Of a stretch of 64,000 bases of DNA, positions 37,475 through 52,300 are shown one piece after another (positions within the stretch are counted from its first letter, which is position 1; every line of letters begins with the position of its first letter). The stretch is from Nitrosopumilaceae archaeon. Lineage in GTDB: Archaea; Thermoproteota; Nitrososphaeria; Nitrososphaerales; Nitrosopumilaceae. Position numbers and translations under genes: made by a program. The stretch lies in NCBI GenBank assembly GCA_965207375.1, contig CBDBMG010000002.1, positions 128,001 to 192,000 on the forward strand. The letters are read 5' to 3'. Under the pieces are notes generated by a model, which was given only the letters and a program-made list of their open reading frames with translations, searched no databases and was not told the DNA's origin.

Positions 37475-40400
37475 TGAGGACTAAGGTTTTTAAAGCACAT
37501 ATGAAAATTTACGGTACTGCTCAAAGGCATGTACGGTACTGTTCAAAGGCAACGTCGTGAGCGCTCGCGAGTTGCTGTCGAGTAACCATCTTCTCTCGAT
37601 AGAGTGTCGAGTTATACTCGACTCGACACTATGAATTTGTAACAGATCAACGAATGGAAGTGGAGTGATCTTAAAACAAATTATAAGTATAATATACGCA
37701 TAAGTATAATGAAAAGTATAATAGTTTTAAAAGAAACACTTACGTATTGTAGAACGAGTACGAAATGGATGAATGGACTCTCCGTGCGATGGTAAAATGC
37801 GGTTGTAATTGTTTGTGCGCGTGCGTATAATTAATTATTTTTTTAAATTTTTAAAATGCCTTTTACCCATCACTTACATCCTGTACAGTATGTGCTTATT
37901 TGGGTACTTTTACAAACACCACAAGTTGATGTCATAACCATATCACATGCAAGGTCCACATCACCACCATGATACCCATGGGATAATTTGACAACGATAG
38001 GTGAATTTTGGGTATTAAACTAAGCATAATTTCAGGGTAACAGAGTACGTATGTGGAATTTCCCTTCCAAAATTATGTGACTGCAATCTTTCATAATGAA
38101 ATATAGGACTCCATTTAATAAGCATATCATTGCAGGGGAGTGAATATACAAACTATTGTGGGTCAGAGAACTATTTAGTGTGAGTCAAGCAAAACTGTTG
38201 TAAAGTTAGACTGTTCTAATAGAATATAATAATGTCCTACACGGTGCAAAAATTAAACGGGGCTTCAAAGCTTCTGCCAGATTTACAGTAAAGAGACCAG
38301 ACACATGTCAGCACAAGATAAAATTTGTTCTAAAATAATACGATCAGACATTTATACTGTAGTATTATATATTGACTAGGACATTTGTGAGGAATTTGTA
38401 TCAATGCCAAAAGTAGGATTTTTAAAAATACATAATCGCCATGGCAACATGCATCATTCTACCATTTTGAGTTAGACCATAATTTAATTTTCCATTAGTT
38501 AAATTTAGGTGGTTGTCTGGTTGATGGCATCGATTTGACAGAAGTATTATATATATTTTTTGAGGGCAAACACTGGAATCCCTCAAGTTAGCAGAATTGA
38601 GTTTTGGCTATGTTGAGCAGCTTGCAGTGTAAATATAAGGTAACCATATCCAACAGTTCACATACCATTTACAAGCTGTAGTCTTGTCCAGTACAACCTT
38701 CTGTACTCTAGTCGTGAATCAGTGATCAATGGTATCAATCTGACTTGGCTTTCGTAGTGTCCGGGATATTTTAAAACATCAATTTAGCTTCCTTTCTGTG
38801 CAAGGTGGCTCCTCCTTGCAGCATAGGGGAACACAACAACGAATGCACTGTGTATGCATACTCAAAATTATGATATATGTATGCAACCCCCATTCAAAAT
38901 TGGCAGCACAGTGGTTTCTATAGCTTTGCAGTGGAGGCGTGGGTCTTGGCTCAAACATTTGTCAGGAATTTGTACAAGTAAGTGCTCAGAAAATGTCAGA
39001 TATGTTTGATTGTTATAAGTGTTATTCCATGATCTGTCAAAATATTTACAGAACTGGGCCCACCTATAGTACTTCTGGATGCAAAATTCTACTAGTAAAT
39101 GAATACACTAATTAGTGATAAACACTTTGAATTGGCTACTGTAATTGATGTGATTAAGCGTTATAAAGAGAGGTACTACTATCTTGTACAGTTTTGCATG
39201 AACAGATAACATTTTGCAGGACACTCTCTGCATCCAAATATGTACATCTTAATGCTTAAACAAGGTTACTTCATGACAACATGCAAGATTGCTCATAGAT
39301 ACACTTCTACACATTAAACAACTGCATATATAAAGGATTACCTCTATCCTAATTTTTTACCTCTGCAGAAACAGCTTAAAACAATCATGATTTCACAAGT
39401 ATCTGTGCCCATAAGTCCTTATTAAATCAGTTTGCTGGTGAGGTAAACATATAAATAAGGCAAAAACTGGTCCCTTGTTATCTTATGGTTCAACTTTATG
39501 GATGATTACATATGTCCTATGAAATAACCTTGCTGTGTGGTACAACTTGTACATATTAGGGTGGAAATCTATAATAAGAGGTCAACAGATCCGAGTCAAC
39601 ACCAGGTCAGTTTCAATATACCTTACACTTCTTTATAAGGGCACTTAATTTAGGTGTACTCTTACAGTACAAGCATAGTTGAACACCACAAGTTTATGTC
39701 AGGTGCATGGTCCACATCACCACCACGATACCCATGGATTTATTCAAGGAGTACTTTGGGTAAAGCATTATAATAGCTGGAATCTCCCTTCTAAAATTAT
39801 GCAATTTACTCATAGTAAAGTTTAGGCATAAAATTGCAGGGGGAGTGAAAATGAGTGTGAATCAGGCAAAATTACCATTCAACTAATCGCATAACTGTGA
39901 TTGTGAAGAAACTATCACATGCCATTGTAATGGTTCTTAAAATCACAGTCCTAACTTCTAAATATGAAATTTAATGTTAGCTATGTGCATATCTCTCTTG
40001 AACCAGTTGATATTTTTACCATCTAAAACCAGGCGCTGTGTAAGTTAATTATTAAGGAAATACGATTATGTCACAAGAAAGTCATATGAGCAAAGACTCA
40101 TCACTAAGAAACATATAGCAACGCACATATATTTAAATTTTAAACCACCTTTATACTCCAGTACATTAGTGATAAAACATATTAAAAGTAGTATAAACCG
40201 AACTTCATACTGTAACACTCTTTGTTTCAAACGTTTCACTCCCACAGGGAACACCCATTTTTGTAACTAAATCACTCCGTCTTGTTAGTAGTAAAACACC
40301 TTTTATTGTTAAAAGAATGGCTAATACAGCATTACCTTAGCAGGAATTCACGACACACTTCATCACTAAGGATATGCCCATTGATGGCATGTGTCATATA

Positions 40401-43400
40401 AAGAAACTGAAAAGCAATAGAACTTGTTTAACCGGTAGTTTAGGCTTCATTTCATGTGAATAGTTTTTAATATAACCTGGGGGGGCGGACACAGACACAC
40501 AGACACACAGACACTGGCATACACACACAGAGAGACACATACAGATACAGACACACCCACCCACACACTGGCACATACACAAACATACAGACAAAGTAAT
40601 TTCAAGAAACCAGGCATGCACCAGATGCATCTGGTTTAAAAATCTGTAAGTAAACAAAAGCAGGTGTTCCAAAGTCTCTATGATTCTAACCAGAAATTTG
40701 GAAAGTCCATGCATTAACTGTTTCTACCACTGGAAAAAATTGGCATTTCATTTTACAGGAAATTAGCAGGATTCATGCAATTATCCTTCTAATTTCCTTT
40801 ACTTAATATTTCCTGCTACAGGCTAGGGCACAATTTCAGTGACAGTTTCCTCGACATTTCGTCAGCAGTATTCATCACATGTTGTGTACCCAAGACATGT
40901 AAAGAAAATTTGATATGTAAAAACTCACCAACATGTCATACAGCATGCAGTATTTCCTTGAGCTTTCATGCATGTAGTATTTACCACATTTATGTAAGTG
41001 CATGAAGTGTAACATGTTATTGCATACCAACATGCCATACTGTATGTAGTTTCCTAGAGCTTTCATGCATGTAGTATTTATCAAGTTTATACTAATGCAT
41101 GAAATGTAATGCATTACATCCCATGCAGTACGTAGCTTATTTCCTTAAACTTTCATACATGTAGTATTTGTGAAACATGAAATGTCATGTGTGGCATGCC
41201 AACACACCACACCTCCTTAAGCTTTCATACATACATATATCATTACATATAGCTAATATCTGATCTGCTTTAATTACATACACATCACACATGCAATTGT
41301 ATAATTATAAAGTACACAAGTAAGTTTGACCAAATTTTTCATTATATCTCCATTTGTTGCTAATTCTTTAATCTCAGCAAATCTAAAATGAAATAAAAAC
41401 GATAAGGAATGTATTAATGACTAAAACATTCTATTACAGCACTCAGTGATCTGTAATATATATATAACCACACATGTACACAACCTTGGTATAGTTTGCA
41501 ATTGACTGTTCTGTTAGAGTGGCTGTTCTATTAAAGTATATTGATTTTAATTTTAGAGCCTATAATGCCATGATACTGGTACAACTGTAATTTCAATATT
41601 TATGAATGCCATCAAGGACAAAATATTGACAATTGATTTTTTTATAATTGAAATTGACTTTGCAATCAAATTTAAGACCAACATTGATTTCGTGATTGAG
41701 TTTACAATCGATTTTGTTATCAAAATTAAAATCAATTTCAAAATTGAAGGTTGCTACATAGCTATTTGTTTCATATTCAAGTTTAAAAATGGAAGTGTTG
41801 CATTCTATGTATTTAATTTCATGAAGGCAGCCTGCTTACATGCACATACAGCTAGCATGATGTATAATAGCTTAAAGTTGGGAGTGGCTATACCAGCATT
41901 TTCTGAGCTGGCTGAAAATCAATTTGGTATTATATTATTTAATGTAATTCATTCATAGGATTTCATAATTTGCATTGTTTTAAGCTTCGTACCCTATATA
42001 TAGCTATCTATGTTTTTCATGGGCATTTGTTTTTGGCTGAAATGGTAGGTAGGGAAACTAATAAACTTTCATTTGGAATGGCCTTAAGCTATTATATACA
42101 CTGTATCTACATGACGTGCATATCAGTGAAATAGCCACAGAGTTTCCACAATCAAATTTAAACTGTTTGATAGAATATTTACATGATTGTTCTATTAGGG
42201 TATATTGATCTTTTATCGTCAGGCAATCTCAGGCTCACCCTTGGCGACCTCCTGCTACATATGTAATATGGTCTCGTGAACCATACTTTCTCTGTAGGGC
42301 ACCTGAGGAGAAAAAGCTTGGTTCAAGAGACCCTACAAGGCCATATATGCAGGGCTTTATTTAGGGGGTTGGGAAGCATTTGCCCCTCCTTGGCTCTGGC
42401 TTGCCGAATTTGATAATCAATTCAAGTGGCTTAAAGTTTAAATGCTTGAGTTGTTCTTCAAGTATGTACAAAAATATTTTCCAAAACTGTCTTAATTTCT
42501 TTGGTAAATATGATGTGGGTTTTGGAGTCTGAAACACTCAAAAGCTTGATGTATGTATTGCTTTATAAGCAAACAAGCCACTAAAGTGGTTAAGTGTGAG
42601 GCTTTAAAAAGAAAAAGGAGTATTCAATTGCTTTTAAAGCATTCAAATATCACCATTGCAGTCCGAATATTTGATTATTCCTTTCAACACTATTCGAAAA
42701 TAACATAATATATATACTTGAGCTATGTCTGTTATACAATATGCGGGAGAATTTTTAGAGTTGTAAAATTGGCAAATTGCTAGCTATATAGCTTATTATT
42801 TGTGAATCATTTCTGTGCTTTAGAAGTAGAAAAGGTTTTTCATAAATACAAAAATGACTAAAGTATTTCAAGGTTCGCCATACACAGAAGAAAGATGCAC
42901 TTCCTGTTCCAGACAGCCTTTTAAGTAGACACATGGATAAGATCATGTGTATACAATTACTGATGACCCAGTAAGAGAAATGTTGACAAAGTCAAGAAAA
43001 TCAATTCATGGGGGCATGTCTAGTATACATGATTCAAACAGTACAAACATGGCGGCAAAGTTTTATATTTATCACTATAATTATGTGTAATGTTCGTACC
43101 ATTTTACCTATCAATGGACTCTGGCTTGCTGATTCGTTAATATTTTATTTGCTAATTGACCATTCACCAATGTTGTAACCCTCCAAATATTTCAATATAC
43201 ATTAAATACCCCTATAGAACACTCAAGATAATGAAATATATAGATGACTGCTTTATTAGAGTTACAAGATACAAACTGACTGCTTTATTAGAATATTTGA
43301 TTGTTCTATTGGAGTATTTAGTTGAACACTAATAATACTCGGCCTAAGATAATAACATTTTCAACTGGTGCATAAAAATGCTGGTATCAGTTTGATACCA

Positions 43401-44728
43401 ATATAATGATGATCAAAATGATGCCAGTACTACTGCAGGGATGTGCCCAGGTTGAAAAGAGTGGTGGCTACATATAGAGGTTTTAAATCCCCAAAACTTC
43501 TGATCTTTAGATACTATGTTCTGTGTGAAGTGGTGAGCAAGACTAAGCATTATTTTAGTGGTGGTGAGTGGTAATTATTTTATCTGAGTGGTGGTTGTCA
43601 ATCACTGTGGGCACATCCATGCAGTACTCAGTGCATGCTATAAAATTTCAGTTAAACTTTCACTTCAAAATTATGACTTGGTTCAGTAACACTAAGGACC
43701 AACACTTCCTATGTGCACATGCTAATAATAGTTGTATACTCCATAGCTCAATGCTCTATTAGAACAAAGCAATGCAAACTGACTGCTCTAATAGAATAAT
43801 TAGAATACAAGTGGAAGGTGAGTCAATGCAGGCATGTCCTGTGTTGACAGCTTACAGATCTGCCATATGATGCTCAGGCTACTGAGGAAGATGGGCAGCC
43901 CTTGCCTGCCGTGGAACATGCCGAATGGCAGGGCCTCCCGACACAAGTGAGCCATGCAGTGTGGACTGCATGCAGTGCAAATTGTGGTGTTATATAATAA
44001 TACCCGGCCTAAGTAATCATAAATAAGGCAGGTAGTTAAAATGTTATAAAGAATAATTTAATGCATTGCAACTCACAAAAGGCATTGAGTTACTTGTGCA
44101 CAATATTTCAGTGGACTAAAGCTCTTTGAACAGGCTCATTCATTTATATTAGGGATGGTGGGAGCTACAAGGTATGGCTTCGTTATGCTGTACATACTAC
44201 AATTCACCACACAACCTAAGTAGTAATCGTACAATCAAAAATATGTTTACTGAAAAAGACAATACTAGAAATGAATGTGGTGCATCTCTTTCATCAGAGA
44301 TTATATACACTCTATGGATGTGAAACTTACATAAGCGCCACTGTCTCTAAGCTTGTTTTGCACCTTTGGATTATAATGAAGGCTAGTAGACTACAATTAT
44401 CTAGCTAAAAATAATCGATATGCTCTAATAGTACAGTCACTACAGTGTGCTCTAATATGAATCTGTGAAATTAATCACACTCAGTGCTATATTTAAAACA
44501 TTTATAAACCAAAAAAACTTCACCACAATGTTATAAATCGTAAATATAAGCAGTCAATACTTTCACTTAACAATCACCATAAAGCAATAATAATTGCATG
44601 CCTTTCTAAAAACCTATAGAAGAGATACAATTGATAACAATTCCTAAAAAAACTACTAACAAATACATCCTGAAACTTATGGAAATAAACATGCTACCAT
44701 TGCTGAATGTTTTAGAAGCGTGAAACAA

Positions 44729-44955
44729 GTGACCGGGCCTGCGAAAATCAGTGCAAATTACACTTAGTTAGATAATCATGAAAAAGGAGTAGCAGAATGC
44801 TGTTAGTTTTAAAAGATTCTCCATTAAATTCTGCATTTGTGGTAGAAGAATCTGTGTGGTTAGCTTAAACGTACCATAAATTATGATAAGACGAAGTTGA
44901 AAAAATTAGGTAATTTTTACGCGACTACATGGTTGGTTTTTGCAGGCCCGGTCAC
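44729..44955. mobile_element. Diverged copy of the 5063-5313 MITE (opposite orientation)
   Basis: gtgaccgggcctgcgaaaa / ttttgcaggcccggtcac; interior is reverse-complementary to 5100-5280. Confidence 0.8.
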
Positions 44956-46511
44956 ACAAGCCTAGAGACACCAGCACTCCATTATAAATGTATTGGTGCA
45001 CACCGGAGTTTTCACATCCATAGGGTGTATATTAATCTATGATCAAAGCATTGTTTGATAAGTAATAATACAAGCCAATATATATGATGGTGCCAAAGTA
45101 ATTTCCGGTTAGCCATGAAACGCTGTAAGCACTTAACCGTACAGATAAATGTTATTCTGGGCTGCTTTAACTGATTGACTGCTCTATTAGATAAAGAGTA
45201 TTCTATTTCTATACATTACCATGGACACTGTTACCAAGGACATTATATAATACAAATTCTTAACCTCACAAGTAATAAGATAATCTGAACAGTTACTATA
45301 GAAATGGTGAATTAATTATTACTTCACTATACAAGATAACAGTACCTAGGGTTAATATATGGTACACTGATGGTGTGACAGTGGTAATATTAAAAATTAA
45401 TCAAGGCCAGCAGAATAGGGAGTATAAATGATTGGACATTAGCATAAAAGCCGTTTTGTCACTTAATTCGGACATCCTATACACTTGATTAGAGAGGTGA
45501 TGGTAAAAGTGGTCGCAAATTGATCTGAAAATGTCAGATGTCAGACTGTTATAATCTCCTCTGCTGACAAGTTAAGATTGTTTGGCAAATGACATAGTGG
45601 CTATATATTTGACAAGTAAGATGAGCTGTTTATATATACTATAAGATAGAACTAAGCGAAGGAGCTAAGGCTGAGCCTGAAGTTCCCTTTTAGTTCTCTT
45701 GAACCATTTATAATATCTAGATATGTTTTAATATATAGTTCCTATCGCATGCTAACAAAGTGAGGTGTTAGTCGATCTTTACAAACTACCAAAGTTCCTA
45801 TTAATAAAGCCTTCCTCCCGCTTCTTAGTGGTCCCTAGTGGGATAGTAATTGTGAAATAAGCGGTAATAATATGCTTGCTAAGATTATAGGCGATTGTAG
45901 GGGGGGGCTTGGGACACAGGCTCTCCCTGTTCAATACTAGGTTGTGAAAAATCTCAATAAAACATTAAACATTGGTGGTGTTAAATTGAGTGTTTTTAGC
46001 AGTATAGCTATAGTGTGCTTATTTAATAGACCATACTTTAAGAGCTTTACAGAGTTTGTGAGTGTCACTGATGCTACTTGTTTTTTAGTCATCAAACAGC
46101 ACTCTGGGGCCCCCTGTATTCCAGTTCTAGAATTGCTACTGGGTATTATACATTGTCTGAACAAACAGACATTTATGTACTAACTATCTTATAGTGTTTT
46201 GTGTTAGAATCACTGTGTGTGCATGCATGCAACTTATATCACTTAATAGTAATAATTATCAAGTTTGTATATATTTAAAGGAATGTCATTCTGACTGAAG
46301 ATTTTACTACTGCATCAACTCATTCATCTTTTTTATTGCATTCTTCAACATTCCCATAGTATCCTCATTATTGACATTTTAAGCATTCAATTTTTTGTTT
46401 CACAGGTAAAATAATATTATGACATATATACATTATCATTTATTGTTATGTTATTAGCTATGGAGTTTATTATACAGTAGCTAGTTGCACATCAGGTGTA
46501 TAACACAGGAC

Positions 46512-47378
46512 CATGGGAGGAGGAAGGTATTTCAAGTTGGGGGTGCTCAGTTGCTGGTGCTGCTGGTGTGCACATGCTCTTTCTAGGGGGTCTGGGGCCA
46601 TGCCCCCCAGGAAAATTTGCAAAAATAGACACCAGGAGATTAAATTTGGTGGCAATTTAGCCTCTAAACAAGCTAGCATGACCTTAATATTGTTACATGT
46701 AAATTTTAAGCTGTTAAACAGCTAATATGCTAACTTTTATAATATTGCCATGCATATAGCTACATAACCAGCTTCAGTTAAAATATAATTAGCTATATAA
46801 TATCAGCTAGCTGAAGGAAACAAAGTACTCCGGTATTTGTGACGTTCATTGCTGGTTGCCACAGCTGCTCCCCCGTTTCTTTATCGCCATCAGCGGCCTC
46901 AGAATCAAACTCAACTACGGATTTCCTCGAAGATCTTTTCTTCACTGTGAACCAATCAGTTAAGTCGGAGACAGCATTTGCTAGCGATGGCGTTTAGCCG
47001 CCATTAGAACACCGTCACTTAGTCTGTTAGATGATTACTGATACAGCTCAGTAACAGCTGTTATAGCTAGCTATGAATATAAAATTTATTATGTATACTC
47101 GTGTAGCTATAATTAGCTATTGCTATACGTAGCTGCTAGCTACATGCATCTCGCGTGCACGTTCATATCCACAAAACTATTATCCTTATATAGCTAGCTG
47201 TACATAGCGTGCATTTATACTTGCCGATACGACGATGAATTGCTTTCTTCTATATGTCCTGCAAACAAAAGAAATCACATGATAATTATTACGTCATACA
47301 AAGATAATAATGGGGGTGCTTAGCACCTCCAATTGAAAAGTTGGGGGTACCCTAGCACCCCCACTTCCGCCGCCTATG
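46512..47378. mobile_element. Non-autonomous TIR element with 5-bp TSD (hAT5-like)
   Basis: catgggaggaggaag / cttccgccgcctatg; TSD AGGAC/AGGAC; ggggtctggggccatgccccccaggaaaattt motif. Confidence 0.75.
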
Positions 47379-48434
47379 AGGACAGTTAGCTAATATTAGA
47401 CATTTTTCATTACTCAGATGTACGGTACCAAGATTTCTTTATATCATTATTGTTTCATAAAATTAATATGCCTTAATATAGTATTTCATAAATACATAAA
47501 ATTACCCATTAGCTACTGTACTTTAAACATGTTCTAGTTTACTTTGGAAATTTCTATTATGCTATGAAAAATATTAATAAAATCAAGTATTTTTGCAATT
47601 ATGATTTCAATGAGCTAAATTGTAATCTCATTTTGCAATGGGAAAATTTAGCGGGTAGTGCAATAAAACCCAATCCCTTGCAACCATTCTTTACCAGTTA
47701 TAATATGGAGCCTTATATTTCAATAACAATAATTGTGTGAGTATTAAAAACCTAAAATCCTTGCAGCAGTATAAATAAGCATAGCTACATTGATAATGAA
47801 ACTGCTACAGATAGTAATTAATTAATGTTCTTCTGCATTATTGTCATCAATTTCATCTTCATCATCTTCTTTATAACCAGTCAATTCTGTAATTATGAAT
47901 GTCTGTGCATTCATAAAGCACCGGCTGCTGTTCTCGATTCCAACAAAATTTCATCGCAATTATAAGGCAGTAGACAATGTTTTTCATACACAAAAAGTAT
48001 TCCCATAAATATGAAGGTATTGAAATTTCATAATCTACAGAAAATACAACAGATCAAGTCTCAGCCTGTCGGTACCAGTGTCATAGTGATATGTGTTTCC
48101 CAGTGATGTGTGTTTCCCACACAGATATATCCCTAGGGATGCGTATTCAAGTTCCCCACACATAGCTAGCTATATCACTAATGCGTCTATACTCTACAAG
48201 TCATAGTGATATGTGACTGGATTTGTGAAAACCGTCCTTAAGGGCACATTTTGTATTTCGAGAAATACTATATTGAAATATTGAAGCCACTGTGGTTCTC
48301 TTGTGCTACAATGTAGCCACGCCAGACTAACCGAGTATAAGTAGACTACTTATGTAGCTATTGTTTTATAACTAATTCTACCACCTATATAGCTGACACT
48401 GCTGCGTTTTGAGATAGTTTTTTCCAACTGCTGT

Positions 48435-48991
48435 AATAATTCGTCCCATTATGGAATATGCTGCTTCAGTTTGGGATCCACACCATCTCAACGACATCCA
48501 AGCCCTAGAAAAAGTACAACGTAGAGCTGCCCGCTGGGTTATGAATGATTACAGCTGGTACAGTAGTGTGTCCGCCATGTTACATAGTCTAAACTGGCCT
48601 TCACTAGATTACAAACATTCTATAAAGCCACATACAAATTATCTGCATTATCTATTCCATCTTATTTTTTCCCAGCACAAAGACTCACCAGACATTACCA
48701 CCCACTCCATTACATTGTCCCCTGTTCAAGAACTAGTTCTTACCAGCAGTCCTACTATCCAAGAACAATTAGAGATTGGAATGAGCTTCCACATTATATT
48801 ATTGAATCAAACAATTTGCAATCATTCACTACATCTTTAACTAACTATTATTGTAATCATGCATGACTACGTGTAACTAATTTATGTATTGTATATTGTA
48901 TTGTAATTGGGGTGTTGACCACCCCCTGGGCTTATCAGTTTTCTGCCTGCCCAGTATTAATAATCTCGTTAATAATAATAATAATAATAAT
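48435..48991 (+). mobile_element. 5'-truncated CR1/L2-group LINE 3' end
   Basis: IRPIMEYAASVWDPH...LEKVQRRAARWV..DY....SVS.ML..LNW RT C-terminus; 3' UTR stem-loop; (TAA)n tail. Confidence 0.82.
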
Positions 48992-49387
48992 ATCACGGAT
49001 AGAGTTTATAGGGGATGGGGTGGGCGGTGGGGGTGAGCGGGGAGCCGAAGGCGGGCCATACCATCCACAAGGAGACAGACAGCAGCAGTGTGTCCTCAGT
49101 AGGGCACAGAAACAGCCACAGTCGACATGGTAGGCCGAGACGGTCGTTGGAAGCAGCCTGACACACCATGTAGCCTCAGTTATTAGTGCCCCTCAGTGGC
49201 CCCATACACCCTGTAGTAGACCGACGTGGTTTAGCAAGGTCGGAAAAAGACCGCCTGTAAAAGTAGACCTGCCCATCTATAGCCCCACGAATGGTGTATA
49301 TGTATAGTGCTTGGGTCTATCATATCAGTAGCTTTCATGCTAAGACAGTATCTAACATTGTAGATCGAGGCATACATAGTTACAATT

Positions 49388-52300
49388 TGTCGTGAAGACA
49401 AAGCGAGCGAGCAACTTCACTACTACTCGTATTATAATTTCATCGGGACTAACAAAATATGTACAGTGTACAATATTTATACAATAATTCAATAATTACA
49501 ATATAATTAAGTCAAGTCCAGCTTGATAAATATATCTCAAAGTCTCCCTCGTCCCATCGTCTCGGGCTCGCATCGTCTCAACACTCCCGAGGGAAACAAA
49601 ATAATTTAGTAGTGAAATTGTCATTTAAATATGTCTGAATGGCCTTACGAGCTTGTATAGATGCCTTTCTTGGTTGTTTACTCCTATCTTCCACAGGTTC
49701 AATAGTGTTCTACTTGGAAACTGATTTTTCTCTTACATCAGTCTCATCAAGACCTTTCACTGACTTGTCCGCTTTCTCTGGTAATTCCAATGGATATAAA
49801 TGACTGATTGATCTTGTGATAATACTATGCCCTGGTAGTTGTACTTCTGCTGATCGGATCTTACAATCTCTACTAATTATTAATCGTACTATCTTGCCGA
49901 ATTTCCAACTACTTCTTGGCAAGTTGTCATCTTTCACTATTACTATAGTACCTTCTACAGGTTCTTTATCACAGTAAGATTTAGACTGTTTATGTACAAG
50001 TGGAATTCTTTCCCTTAGACTCAGAAGATATCCGTCCTTCCAGACCTTCCAAAATAAGTCAAGGTGCTTTTGTCCCTTTTTCCAGTTCTCAATTAGTTTT
50101 ATTGTTGAATCTTCATGAATATGAAAGTCGACATCATTATAATCACTTGATGAATAAAGGCCAAGCTTTCTGTTAGACACTAAAAAGTGCGAGGGAGTTA
50201 GTATAAATCCTGACTCGAAATCTCCATAAACATATGTTAAGGGTCTTGAGTTAATCACTGCTTCAATTTCAGTTAATAGTGTCACCAATTGATCTAGAGT
50301 GAAATGTTTCCTTCCAATTGCTTTCCTTAGAGATCGCTTAACCATCCCAACAAGTCTTTCATAGAATCCTCCCTGCCATGGAGCTAGGGCAGTGGTAAAG
50401 CTCCACTTAATACCTTCTGTAGACACATGCATAATTTAAAACATCTTTATCCTTAAATACTTGCCTCCACTGTTTATCTAAAGTTGTCTTTGTAAGCTTG
50501 AATTGTGGGGCATTATCAGAAATAATTGAATCTGGTCTACCTCTGCGTGACACAAATCTTCTTAAACAATTAAGAAACTGGTTGGCCGTCAAATCTAAAA
50601 CCCATTCCAAGTGGATAGCTCTTATTGTTAGGCACGTAAACAAACATACCCAAAGTTTCTTGAGCTCAGTTCCCTGCTTCACATATAATGGTCCTAAATA
50701 ATCTAATCCAATGAACTGGAATGGATCACATTTTGACACCCTTTCTTGTGGCCATGGTGGCATATTGGGAAGGCGAAATGAGGGCCCTTCATGTCTTCGA
50801 CATATTAAACATTTAGATATTATGCTCTTCACTTGTACTCTTCCTTGTGGAATCCAATATTCTTCTCTGATTTGAGATAACGTATGAGCCACTCCCGCAT
50901 GAATCAAACGTTGATGTACTTCACAGATCAACAAATTAGTAAAATGTTCATACCTTGGAAGCAGTTTAGGATATTTGGTTCCTTCATTCATTGTAGCATT
51001 TGCAAATCGTCCATGACATCTCAATATCCCATCATCATCAACCTTAAGTCCAAGTTGTTGTTGTAGGCAATTCCTGTGATGTTTCTGTATAGCTTTCCAT
51101 ACATTGCTCCAATCTTTCTGGTGTGATATCTGGAAAATTCCATCTAGGCCAGTCGACCTCATTGGATATCAACCACCCTGGTCCATGCCACCACAGATTA
51201 GCATCAACAATCTCTGGCACAGTGAGTCCCCTAGTGGCATAATCTGCAGGGTTTTGATTGGATGGAATGTAACAAAAGGTTATATCTTTCTCCTTCCGAA
51301 TCTCGATAATCCGGTTTTCTACAACCAAAGGTAAAGGTTTAGTAGTTTTCATCCAATGAAGAACACATTCGGAATCTCTCCAGAGAATTCTTTTAGATAT
51401 TGGTAACTTTAATTCCCTAGTAACAAAATTCCCAGCACGTACTCCAATTAGTACAGCTAATAATTCAAATCGAGGTAAAGTAATGTCCTTACATTTCTTT
51501 CCTTTTTGCCCCCTGCTTGAAATGACTGGTGCAAGACGCATCTTGGAAAACATTAGGTTAGTTTGGATACCATGTTGACTAATAACACGTATATACACAA
51601 CAGCAGCATATGATTTAATCGAAGCATCACAGAATATAAGTACTTCATGAACTGGGTCCTGTTCATGTGTTCCAATAAGACGTGGGATCTTTATTGCTGC
51701 AATGTGTTCCAATATTCCAATTATCTTTTTCCATTCTTGACACAATGATTGTGGTAAACATTCATCCCATTTTAAATCATGTTTCCACAAATTTTGAAGA
51801 AAGACCTTACCATGAAAGGTAATGGGTGATATAAAACCCAAAGGATCATAAATCTTCGCAACACAACTCAATACATGTTGCTTAGTAATCGTAAAACCTT
51901 GTCTAGCAATGTCAGCTCCAGTTATCTGGATGTAGTCGTCAATGCGATTCCATAACAATCCAAACAGTTTTACAACACATTCAGTTAATTTTTGATCCTC
52001 TGGTAGTAAATGAAGAAATTCATCTGAATTGGATGTCCACTGTCGCAGGTTCATGGAGGCTTTCTTAAAAATACTTCTAGCCTCTTTGTATATTTGATAA
52101 GCTCCTTCAACTGAATCAGTTCCAATGGAAACATTATCAACATAAATATTATCAGCAATTCTCTGAGCAACCAGACTACCCTCATTCTGTAAATGAAACT
52201 TCAAAGTTCCTTCAAGCAGAAATGGACTACATATAATTCCAAAAGGAACACGGCAAAATCGATAAACATCTAGGTTTCCTTCTACGTGCTCTGGTCGACT

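Noticed and set aside
41602-41958. 118-aa ORF rich in I/D/F/K
   Set aside because: Arises from a degenerate AT-rich short repeat (aattgattt); no domain or splice support.
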